Origin: Candidatus Cloacimonadales bacterium
Lineage (GTDB): Bacteria; Cloacimonadota; Cloacimonadia; Cloacimonadales; JAIOQZ01
Assembly (NCBI GenBank): GCA_963662655.2
Contig: CAXXTU010000002.1
Location: 3,232,001-3,296,000, forward strand
DNA length: 64,000 nt
Direction of reading: 5' to 3'
Under the pieces are notes generated by a model, which was not told the DNA's origin, did no database searches, and was given only the letters and a program-made list of their open reading frames with translations. Numbering within the stretch: the stretch's first letter is position 1; each line of letters begins with the position of its first letter. The translations under genes were made by a program, and so were the position numbers. Shown piece by piece: positions 1-8,577 of the stretch.

Positions 1-368
1 TCGAGTCTTCGTTGATGGCTCAGGTTCTCGGTGAGGTAATAATAAAAGTCGTATTTCCGGTTCAGCCTGAAAGGTTGCGCTTTGTCAACGATCTCGTAAT
101 ACTCGTCTTTGGAGATGCCGCTCATCATCTGGATCAAGGTGCTGAACTGGTTGAAACAGAACATCTCCGCCGTGAAGAGCTTGTACTCGGTTCTCTGTTC
201 ATCGAGCGCTTGCTTGAGTCGCTCGAAGAGATACGTTTTTCCGGAACCGGAAGGACCAACCACCTCGACGAGCTGGCTGTCTTCTTTTTTCAGTAAATTG
301 TTTATTTCTTTGATCGTTTCCGGTTGCGTAACGTATTGAAGTAAGGCGCGGTTTACTTTTTTATCCAT
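1..368 (-). CDS. P-loop NTPase/ATP-binding protein, N-terminal part (runs off the window start)
   Basis: Manual translation from the ATG at 368: MDKKVNRALLQ...VEVVGPSGSGKTYLF (Walker A); GAGGGG RBS upstream; absent from the ORF track because it is truncated. Confidence 0.75.
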   Translation of the reverse strand, partial: MDKKVNRALLQYVTQPETIKEINNLLKKEDSQLVEVVGPSGSGKTYLFERLKQALDEQRTEYKLFTAEMFCFNQFSTLIQMMSGISKDEYYEIVDKAQPFRLNRKYDFYYYLTENLSHQRRL

Positions 369-596
369 GATTCCCCTCATTTTCGCTGGCATTTGCTTGA
401 TTTTTAGATAAATAGGTGCCTTTTCGTTAACGCCGATTACACATGCCAACTATGTTCTCATATAATGTCATGCCATAGATGTTTTGTCAACTTTGTTTTT
501 TGGGTAAAGAAAGTTTTCAGCTTTGTGAGCTTATAAAAAATTTCTACAAGGTTCGACAGGTGGGAATTATAATGCCATGATCTGATTATGAGGAAC

Positions 597-1589
597 TTAC
601 AGCTTCCAGACTCTCTCTTCGAGCAGTTCCTTGAACGTTGTGTGAAGCACGGACGGCGTGATGGATTTCATGCACTGAAAATGTAATTTCGGACACTGCT
701 TCGATCCGTGTAGTGAACATGGGCGACAGTTCAAATCTTTTTGAAGTACAACTGCGTCGGGATTCAACGGGCGGAAACCGAGGCGAGTGTGCGTGGCTCC
801 AAAGATCGCAATTTGAGGCTTTTGCAGCGCTGCGGCGATGTGCATCGGGCCAGAATCTCCCGAAAGAAGGCACCCGAACCGGTTCATCAGATTTACAAGC
901 TGACCGGTCTGCGTGCGCGCGCACAAATCGAATGTGGTGCGGGGGCATTGCCGGTGGATTTCAGCGCAAACTTCGCGATCACTCACAGCTCCTGTAAGAA
1001 TGAACTGACAATTCCACGAATCGGGTATGGATTCGATGAAGCGAATCCAGTAGTCGACGGGATATTGCTTGGTGAAGTGCATCGCTCCCGGCGCGATGCC
1101 CACCAGCGTTTTCGAAGGGGTGACGCTGTGCTCGATGAAGAGCTCGTCGATGAATCGCTCGTGCTCCGGTTGCGGCTTTATGACCGGATTGCGTAGGGGT
1201 TCTGCGATTCCGAGTTTGGCGATCGCGCTGTAATAGAGCTCGAGGGTCGTATCGATGCATTTCCCGGTAAGATGTTTGACGATCAGCCAGCGTGTGAGTT
1301 TCTGTTTGTTGTAGTAGACTTTCTTCTTCGCGTTTAAGCGAAGGAGGTTATACAGGCTGCCCGGCTTCGCCTGCAAATCGATGGCGATATCGTATTCCAC
1401 ATTCGGATCGATCCGATGCGCCGGGATGATTTCGTCAACGCCGCCGAAGCACTCGACCAGCGGCGCCATGGAAGGCTTGCAGCAGTAGTGGATTTCAGCT
1501 TGCGGATATTTCTCCCGCAGGATGGCCACGACGGGCTGCGTCAGGATGATGTCGCCCAGTGAACTCCAGCGGATGATCAGGATTTTCAT
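597..1589 (-). CDS. Glycosyltransferase family 9 (LPS heptosyltransferase-like)
   Basis: MKILIIRWSSLGDIIL start, DSGPMHIAAAL and CRPCSLHG motifs; ATGA overlap with the upstream gene's stop fixes the start at 1589. Confidence 0.9.
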   Translation of the reverse strand: MKILIIRWSSLGDIILTQPVVAILREKYPQAEIHYCCKPSMAPLVECFGGVDEIIPAHRIDPNVEYDIAIDLQAKPGSLYNLLRLNAKKKVYYNKQKLTRWLIVKHLTGKCIDTTLELYYSAIAKLGIAEPLRNPVIKPQPEHERFIDELFIEHSVTPSKTLVGIAPGAMHFTKQYPVDYWIRFIESIPDSWNCQFILTGAVSDREVCAEIHRQCPRTTFDLCARTQTGQLVNLMNRFGCLLSGDSGPMHIAAALQKPQIAIFGATHTRLGFRPLNPDAVVLQKDLNCRPCSLHGSKQCPKLHFQCMKSITPSVLHTTFKELLEERVWKL

Positions 1590-2341
1590 TTGATAGCGAC
1601 CACAAATACGCGGTACTGACTTTCGGGATCGGTCAGGGGAGCATCGAGCTTCTCCAGGCTCGCAAACCAGCGCTTTGAAAATCCGGTTCTTGTTATCATA
1701 TCGGCAACGTCCTTCAGCTTGAAGGCCGTGTTGTACATGACTTCGTCGAAGCGGTCCCACGTTCCTTGCTCGTTCTTCACGAATCCCGACATGCGCGTGT
1801 AAGCGCGCTGCATCTCGTCGTCGAACAGGCCACGAATGATGATCGTCGCGTCGTTCATCTCCCGGACGCTGCTGTTTCCCCAGGTGGTTCGAAGTCCCAA
1901 CTCGGTATTGAGATCGAATACGAAGCATCCGCCTGGCTCGAGCGCGTGGTAGACGCAGCTCAGGGTCTTCTGCAGGCCGTTCAGGTTCGGAATGTGGTTG
2001 ATGGCGTCGTAGGTGGAGACGGCAAGGCGCACCTTGGAGCGCAGCTTGAAATTCTGTGCGTCGGCCTGAATCAGCTCCACGCGCCGATTTCGGATATGCT
2101 CCGTGTTGTTTTCCCTTGCGTACTCGAGCATGTGCTCGGAAAGATCGATGCCGGTAACCTTGTACCCTTTATCCGCGAATATCGATATCATCCTGCCGGT
2201 TCCGCAGCACAAATCCAGGAGGGTTGCGGGAACCTCGAACTGCTCCTCGAAAAAAGTCTCCAGTTTGGGTGCGACCATGTCCGTGAACTGGTTCCAGCGC
2301 AGGTTGTAGATTCTTGCAAAGTTCTTTCCATACGACTGCAT
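1586..2341 (-). CDS. Class I SAM-dependent methyltransferase
   Basis: LLDLCCGTG motif I, GIDLSEHML, LEPGGCFVFD. Confidence 0.9.
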   Translation of the reverse strand: MQSYGKNFARIYNLRWNQFTDMVAPKLETFFEEQFEVPATLLDLCCGTGRMISIFADKGYKVTGIDLSEHMLEYARENNTEHIRNRRVELIQADAQNFKLRSKVRLAVSTYDAINHIPNLNGLQKTLSCVYHALEPGGCFVFDLNTELGLRTTWGNSSVREMNDATIIIRGLFDDEMQRAYTRMSGFVKNEQGTWDRFDEVMYNTAFKLKDVADMITRTGFSKRWFASLEKLDAPLTDPESQYRVFVVAIK

Positions 2342-2342
2342 G

Positions 2343-4952
2343 CTAATTCACCATTTCCTCTATGATTTGAGGTACTTCCTTCAGCGCGGATTCTATCGCA
2401 TCGACGTCTTTGCCGCCGGCCATAGCCATGTCCGGACGTCCGCCGCCTTTTCCGCCGACCAGCGTGGCGATCCTGCCGGCGATCTTGCCTGCGTGAGCGC
2501 GCTTGGTGAGGTCGTTTGTCACGATAACGATCAGGGATACCTTCCCCTCGATATCCGCCATCAGTACGCCGATTCCCGAGTGGATCTTCCCGCGGAGTTG
2601 ATCGCCGATATTGCGCAACTGGTTGCTGTCGTCGGCTTCCACCTTTCCGCAGGCGACTTTGATTCCCTTGATATTGATCGCACCGCCAACCATATCCGCG
2701 ATCACGTCTCCGGACGCCTTCAGACGGAGTGATTCGTTTTCCTGATGCATCGCCTTGAGCTCGTCCAGGAGCGACTGGATTTTCTGGATCGATTTGCCGG
2801 ACGGGACGTTGAGCAGGTTCTGAATCTCTTCCTTCTCGCTTTCCAGACGACGCACGTGGTCTTCGGCCTGGGTTCCGGTTATGGCCTCGATGCGGCGCAC
2901 ACCGGCAGCGCTGGAAGTCTCCGTGGTGATCTTGAAAAGCCCGATTTCGCCCGTGTAGTCGAGGTGCGTACCACCGCACAGTTCCTTGGAGAAGCTGTCG
3001 ATGGAGACTACGCGAACCTCGTCCTCGTACTTCTCGCCGAAGAGGGCCATCGCGCCTTCGTTACGGGCGGTATCGAGATCCATCGTTCTGGTGGATACGG
3101 GGAAGCACTCGCGAACTTTATCGTTGACCATGCGCTCGACGAGGCTTGCCTCGCGAGGCGACATCGCCTTGAAATGGGTGAAATCGAAACGCAGGTAGTA
3201 GGGATGAACCAGCGAGCCCTTCTGCTGTACATGCTCGCCCAGTACCTTGCGCAGGGCGGCATGAAGAAGGTGGGTGGCGGTGTGATTCCGCGCCACGTTC
3301 TTGCGGTATTCCTTCTCGATGGACGCGGTGAATTCCCGGTCCTGAATGATGCCTTTGACCAGCTTCCCGAAGTGGATAAACTGTTTTCCCTGCTTCTTAA
3401 CGTCCGAAATCTGGATTTCGATCTCCTCGTTGAAAATCCTGCCCATGTCGGCAACCTGGCCGCCCGATTCCGCATAGAACGGCGTGCGATCTAGGATGAT
3501 ACGGACGTTGTTGTCGTCATCCAGCGTATATTTAATGATGTGGCAATGGGTCGTATCGCGCAGATATCCGATGAACTCGGTCGGTTCATCGTCGCGGTAG
3601 GCGGTCCACTCGATATTCTCCATGTTCATGACGAACTTTCCGGCCTCGCGCGCTCTTGTCCGCTGCTTTTCCAGCTCCTCGTTGAACCCGTTTTCGTCCA
3701 CGGAGAGGCTTCTCTCTTCCGCGAGGATACGCGTCAGATCGAAGGGGAATCCGAAGGTGTCGTACAGCATGAACGCGTCGGCTCCGGGGATGGTGGTTCC
3801 ATCCATCGCGGAGACGATTTCCTCGAACTTCGTGAGACCCTTGTCCAGCGTGGTGTTGAATCGTTCCTCTTCCGCCTGAACGATCATTTTGATGTGCGCT
3901 TTCTTCTCGTTGAGCTCGCGGAAATGGTGCCCCATGACGTCGCAGACGACATCCACGAGCTTATACAGGAACGGTTGATGCTGGTTGAGCAATCTTCCGT
4001 GACGTGCGGCTCTGCGCAGGATGCGCCTGAGAACGTAGCCGCGTCCCTCGTTGGAGGGGAGTCCGCCATCGGCGATGGCGAAGCTGAGCGCACGGATGTG
4101 GTCGGCGATGACGCGATGGGAAGTGCCTTCTTCGCCTTCGTTGTATGCTACGCCTGTCATTTCGGCGATCGCCTGAATAATTGGCGCAAAGAGATCTGTG
4201 TCGTAGTTCGACTTTTTGCCCTGGAGAATCATGCAGACGCGCTCGAATCCCGCGCCGGTATCCACGTACTGGCTCTCCAGCGGGTGAAGCTCGCCTTCTT
4301 CATCACGGTTGAACTGGATGAAGACCAGGTTCCACAGCTCGATGATGCGATGGCAGTCGCCATTGACCTTACAAACGTGGCCGGGAACATCCTTCATGTT
4401 GCAGAACTCTTCTCCGCGGTCGATGTGTATCTCGCTGCACGGGCCGCAGGGCCCGGTGAGCCCCATCTCCCAGAAGTTGTCCTTGTCGCCGTGGTACTCG
4501 ATGTGCGAGGGATCGATATCGGTTTCGTTTTTCCAGAATTCGAATGCTTCCTGATCGCTGTGGTGTACGGTAGCGTAAAGGATGTCTTTCGGGAGTCCCC
4601 ATACCTTCGTAAAGAGCTCCCAAGCCCAGGAGATCGCCTCTTTCTTGTAGTAGTCGGCGAACGACCAGTTGCCCAGCATCTCGAAGAACGTATGGTGATA
4701 GGAATCCTTGCCCACCTCTTCGAGGTCGTTGTGCTTGCCGCCGGCGCGGATGCATTTCTGGGTATCGACCGCGCGCGGAAACTCCGGCTTGGTCACGCCC
4801 AGGAAGATGTTCTTGAACTGGTTCATGCCTGCGTTGGTGAAAAGCAGGGTGGGGTCGTCGAACGGAATCACCGGTGCGGATGGCACCTGATGGTGTTCCT
4901 TCGAGACGAAGAAATCGATAAACTGCTGCCGTATCTCATTGGATGTTCTCAT
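2343..4952 (-). CDS. alaS: Alanine--tRNA ligase
   Basis: DPTLLFTNAGMNQFK, HHTFFEMLGNWSF, editing motifs HTATH and ELCGGTH, C-terminal GGKGGGRPDMAMAGG; start MRTSNEIRQ with GAGGA RBS. Confidence 0.98.
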   Translation of the reverse strand: MRTSNEIRQQFIDFFVSKEHHQVPSAPVIPFDDPTLLFTNAGMNQFKNIFLGVTKPEFPRAVDTQKCIRAGGKHNDLEEVGKDSYHHTFFEMLGNWSFADYYKKEAISWAWELFTKVWGLPKDILYATVHHSDQEAFEFWKNETDIDPSHIEYHGDKDNFWEMGLTGPCGPCSEIHIDRGEEFCNMKDVPGHVCKVNGDCHRIIELWNLVFIQFNRDEEGELHPLESQYVDTGAGFERVCMILQGKKSNYDTDLFAPIIQAIAEMTGVAYNEGEEGTSHRVIADHIRALSFAIADGGLPSNEGRGYVLRRILRRAARHGRLLNQHQPFLYKLVDVVCDVMGHHFRELNEKKAHIKMIVQAEEERFNTTLDKGLTKFEEIVSAMDGTTIPGADAFMLYDTFGFPFDLTRILAEERSLSVDENGFNEELEKQRTRAREAGKFVMNMENIEWTAYRDDEPTEFIGYLRDTTHCHIIKYTLDDDNNVRIILDRTPFYAESGGQVADMGRIFNEEIEIQISDVKKQGKQFIHFGKLVKGIIQDREFTASIEKEYRKNVARNHTATHLLHAALRKVLGEHVQQKGSLVHPYYLRFDFTHFKAMSPREASLVERMVNDKVRECFPVSTRTMDLDTARNEGAMALFGEKYEDEVRVVSIDSFSKELCGGTHLDYTGEIGLFKITTETSSAAGVRRIEAITGTQAEDHVRRLESEKEEIQNLLNVPSGKSIQKIQSLLDELKAMHQENESLRLKASGDVIADMVGGAINIKGIKVACGKVEADDSNQLRNIGDQLRGKIHSGIGVLMADIEGKVSLIVIVTNDLTKRAHAGKIAGRIATLVGGKGGGRPDMAMAGGKDVDAIESALKEVPQIIEEMVN

Positions 4953-5168
4953 GTTATCCTCATATATCAAGACCACGTCGGGTCGGAATTTCTATTTGGA
5001 GCAAAGTATTGCATCATGGTTTTTTGCGTCAAGAATGGTGTTCGATGTTGTGATCGAAATTGCGTTGAAGGGAATTGCAGGAAGTGACGCTGCACCTCCT
5101 GCTTATGATTATCCGGCGTGTTCAATTTCTCAGCGTGATATGCGTCATCCGTAATTCAATCCTGTTTC

Positions 5169-5448
5169 ATGATTTTTGTTCTGTTTATCGCATCGACCGG
5201 GCTCTTCTCTTTCGCGGGTGGCGACGGCACTTCGTCTTCGCCGTAACAGGTTGGCAGTGTCAACGAGTTTCAGGAGGTGAGCAGCTACCTCGATTCCTAT
5301 AATATCCAGCTGCCATAGCCCCGAAGTGTAACGTGTGATAACTATACCGACGGTTTGAGGAATATTCACGGGCCATCGGCTACTCGGTGTCGATCCATCG
5401 GACGCGACGAGGCGTTTCTACAAAATTGTTGTGAGCGATCAGCCGTAA
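5169..5448 (+). pseudogene. Internally deleted remnant of a GLUG-family surface protein gene
   Basis: Reads MIFVLFIASTGLFSFAGGDGTSSSP*QVGSVNEFQEVSSYLDSYNIQ, then ...GVDPSDATRRFYKIVVSDQP*; these match the N- and C-termini of the genes at 11483-22898; in-frame TAA at the conserved PYQV tyrosine. Confidence 0.8.
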
Positions 5449-5471
5449 AGCCGACCGACAAACAGTATTTG

Positions 5472-5505
5472 ATAGCGCTCGGAGATGTTCTGAGCGCTAT
5501 TTTTT
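5472..5505 (+). terminator. Intrinsic terminator hairpin between the pseudogene and the convergent helicase
   Basis: ATAGCGCTCGGA-GATGT-TCTGAGCGCTAT followed by a T run. Confidence 0.6.
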
Positions 5506-7095
5506 CTTCTTTCTATCCTTCGAGTATGTGATAAGCGGCTTACCGCCCTTTTCATGGAATGATTTGATGATCATCTCGGCTTTGTCGAACGGAACGTTGA
5601 TGAACGAGAAGTTGTCCAGTACCTGAACATCCTTGATCTGTCTTTTCTTGATTATTACACGGCTTATGATCAGATCGACAAGCGATCTCTCGTTGATGCC
5701 GTCCCGTTTGCCCCGTGCCACGAAAAGGCGTGTAATCCCTTGCATGTCCAGATTATCAGTTCTTGAAGAGATTGGCTTGATAGCGCCGTAGATATCCGGA
5801 TTGATTTCGTCCTCGAAGCAATAATTCAAAATTGCAGCGAGAACGAGAGTTGGATTCTCCTTCTCCAAAAGGTTCTTTGCCCACTTGAAATACTTTTCTT
5901 CGATCTGGTCGCTCATGATCGTTTGCAGATCCCCCGCGATTTTCTGCTTCTTCACCCTGATGATTTCATCCACTTCGGGAATCGTGGATTTCTTGATATC
6001 GGTGTTGGCGAATTTCTGGATGTAGACGAGTCGCTTGTATTCGCTTGGTGTGATAAATGTGATTGCGGTACCCTCGTTGCCGGCTCGTCCGGTTCTGCCG
6101 ATACGATGCACGTACGCTTCGGCGTCGTGCGGAAGCGAGAAGTTGATCACGTGGGTCAGGTTGATCACATCGATGCCTCTGGCAGCTACGTCGGTGGCGA
6201 CGAGGATGTTGATCTTCATTTCCTTGAACTTGTTGAGCGTTCGCTCCCTCTTGCCCTGATGGATATCGCCGTGGATCGCCTCGGCGTCGTAACCGCGATC
6301 GAGAAGCTGATTCACGAGCGTATCGACGTCGTTTTTGGTACGGCAAAAGACGAGCCCGTAGAAGTTCTCCTCGATGTCTATAATGCGGCAAAGGGCTTCG
6401 AGCTTATCGGAGGCTTTCACCTCGAAATATATCTGCTCCGTTAGGTTCGTGGTCAGTTGGTCTTTTTCCACTGAGAGGAGCTTGTAGCCTTCCATGTAGT
6501 TGTTGGCCAGCTTCTTGATCTTCTCCGGCATTGTTGCGGAAAAGAGCAATGTCCGCTTCGATGAGTTCGTGTGCTTCATGATTTCTTCCATGTCATCGAT
6601 GAAGCCCATGTTCAGCATTTCGTCGGCCTCGTCAATGATGAGGTAGTCGATCTTGCTGAAGTCCAGCGTCCTACGCCTGATGTGGTCGATGACGCGTCCC
6701 GGTGTTCCTACGATGATCTGCACGCTCTTCTTCAGACGCCGGAATTGCTGCTCGATCGATTGTCCGCCGTAGATAGGAACCGTGCGCGTTTCTTTCCGAC
6801 CTCGCAGCGACCATATTTCTTCGGAAACCTGAATCGCGAGTTCACGAGTCGGGACGAGGATCAGCGCGCATACGTTCTCGGCTTCGGGGTCGATCATGTC
6901 CAGGAGCGGTAAACCGAAAGCTGCGGTCTTGCCGGTACCTGTTTGAGCCTGCGCGATGATGTTGCAGTTCTCTTGAAGCATGACGGGAATGGTAATTGCC
7001 TGGATCTCTGTGGGCTCTTCGAAGCCTTTTTCAGCGATTGCGTGCAGCGCACCTTCCGAAAGCCCCAGTTCATTGAAATTCATCTCTTTTTGCAT
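5497..7095 (-). CDS. DEAD-box RNA helicase with C-terminal DbpA-type RNA-binding domain (DeaD/CshA-like)
   Basis: AQTGTGKT, PTRELA, TPGR, DEAD, SAT, HRIGRTGRAG. Confidence 0.95.
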   Translation of the reverse strand: MQKEMNFNELGLSEGALHAIAEKGFEEPTEIQAITIPVMLQENCNIIAQAQTGTGKTAAFGLPLLDMIDPEAENVCALILVPTRELAIQVSEEIWSLRGRKETRTVPIYGGQSIEQQFRRLKKSVQIIVGTPGRVIDHIRRRTLDFSKIDYLIIDEADEMLNMGFIDDMEEIMKHTNSSKRTLLFSATMPEKIKKLANNYMEGYKLLSVEKDQLTTNLTEQIYFEVKASDKLEALCRIIDIEENFYGLVFCRTKNDVDTLVNQLLDRGYDAEAIHGDIHQGKRERTLNKFKEMKINILVATDVAARGIDVINLTHVINFSLPHDAEAYVHRIGRTGRAGNEGTAITFITPSEYKRLVYIQKFANTDIKKSTIPEVDEIIRVKKQKIAGDLQTIMSDQIEEKYFKWAKNLLEKENPTLVLAAILNYCFEDEINPDIYGAIKPISSRTDNLDMQGITRLFVARGKRDGINERSLVDLIISRVIIKKRQIKDVQVLDNFSFINVPFDKAEMIIKSFHEKGGKPLITYSKDRKKKK

Positions 7096-7541
7096 ATTAT
7101 CTCCATTTACCTTGAAAATTATGGAGATTGAATATACATAAATTTCAGGGTCATTGTTTTTGCTCTCTGAACTAACAATAACAAATTACAGCTTCAGGTC
7201 AATCTAAAACAACAAATTATTGATTGCGAAATAGAAAGCTCGAGACGAAGTATTTTTTATGTGCTTTCCATGTCAAAACAATTCGGTATTTATTTTTTAT
7301 ATAACTTCGGTTGCATCGGCAACTCTGATATTGGAGGAATGGAAATGATGTAGGACAAATCATGCAATCGATCTTAAAACAGCCAGGAGAGCCTTGAAAA
7401 ATAATGTCTGAAAACATGGCCCATTTTCTTTAACAAAATTGGGGATCATGAATGAAAAGTACTTGACATCCGATATAATTCTTTCCGTTCTCTATCAACT
7501 GATTACTTCAATTATGTGCTTAATAATGACATGGAGGAAAA

Positions 7542-8474
7542 ATGGTTCCAAGGTTTCTCTTGTTGTTCTCCCTCTGCTTGATTCACATTTGTCTCTCAGG
7601 GCAGATTATCCCGACGAATGGAATGGTCGTCCATTATCCATTTAATGGAGATCATCTCGACGCCAGCGGCAACGATCTGCATCTTTCTATGATAGGTGAT
7701 CCCATTCCCTGTCCGGACCGACACGGGAATCCCAATTCAGCATATTTCCTCGACGGTAGCGGCGACTACTTCTTTGTCGAAGACGATCCGCTGCTACGAC
7801 CCTTCCAATACACAGTCTCTGCCTGGTTTTGCTCGACGGGGCTTAATCAGTATGGCCGCATCCTGGAAAAGCGCTACAGCATCCCAAGCTTTCCGTGGAC
7901 ATCCTTTCTCCTGGAATACAACCGCGATCTCCACACAGCCGAGACACAACTGACCACCAATACAGGGAGGGTCGTTCTCAACTCGAGCGGTTCCGCACCG
8001 GCAAACGAATGGTGCCTTCTAACAGTTACATTCGACGGCGATTCGCTTCGACTCTATCTGAACGGACAACTGGACACGGCAATCCCCAAGACCGGAAATG
8101 TCTCTTACAGCTCCGAATCGCTCTTCATCGGTGTCGCTCATGGCGGTTGTAGCACAGCATATTGCTTCGACGGGGCAATCGACGACGTGCTGATCTACAA
8201 CAGGCCCTTGACAAACACCGAGATTTTGGATATGTATGTCGATGTTCCTGTTCCCGAAAATGTCGTGTTAACCGCTTCTGGAAGCGGAATCAATCTATAC
8301 TGGAATGCTGTTCCGGGAAGTGTCACATACAACGTGTATTCCGCTCCGATCCCAGATGCGGTGTTCCCTGCGGGTTATACCTTGGAGCAGGCGGGACTGA
8401 TCGTGTGCAGTTGGATCGATTCCGCCTCCATCGGCGAGCAGAAATACTACGTTGTGACTGCCGTGAAGGAGTGA
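7542..8474 (+). CDS. Secreted LamG/concanavalin A-like jelly-roll protein with FN3-like C-terminal domain
   Basis: Signal peptide; YPFNG..DASGN, DRHGNPNSAY, LYLNGQL, FDGAIDDVLIYNRPLT; C-terminus LYWNAVPG..YNVYS...KYYVVTA. Confidence 0.8.
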   Translation: MVPRFLLLFSLCLIHICLSGQIIPTNGMVVHYPFNGDHLDASGNDLHLSMIGDPIPCPDRHGNPNSAYFLDGSGDYFFVEDDPLLRPFQYTVSAWFCSTGLNQYGRILEKRYSIPSFPWTSFLLEYNRDLHTAETQLTTNTGRVVLNSSGSAPANEWCLLTVTFDGDSLRLYLNGQLDTAIPKTGNVSYSSESLFIGVAHGGCSTAYCFDGAIDDVLIYNRPLTNTEILDMYVDVPVPENVVLTASGSGINLYWNAVPGSVTYNVYSAPIPDAVFPAGYTLEQAGLIVCSWIDSASIGEQKYYVVTAVKE

Positions 8475-8577
8475 AGGCGTACTCCCTTAGCCTGCTGATT
8501 CGAACGCAACTTTTTGTGCTTGACATAACTCCATGAAAACGTGTATGAAAAGCGCACAATACCAATTGGAGTTATGA

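Noticed and set aside
1590..1928. N-terminal extension of the 443-aa GT9 ORF
   Set aside because: It overlaps the methyltransferase in another frame; the family start MKILIIR at 1589 has an ATGA coupling
2745..5087. Long + strand ORFs (249 aa, 515 aa) opposite alaS
   Set aside because: Antisense shadows caused by codon bias; no motifs
7096..7541. AT-rich intergenic region and its short ORFs
   Set aside because: Consistent with divergent promoters; no convincing coding signal or RNA structure
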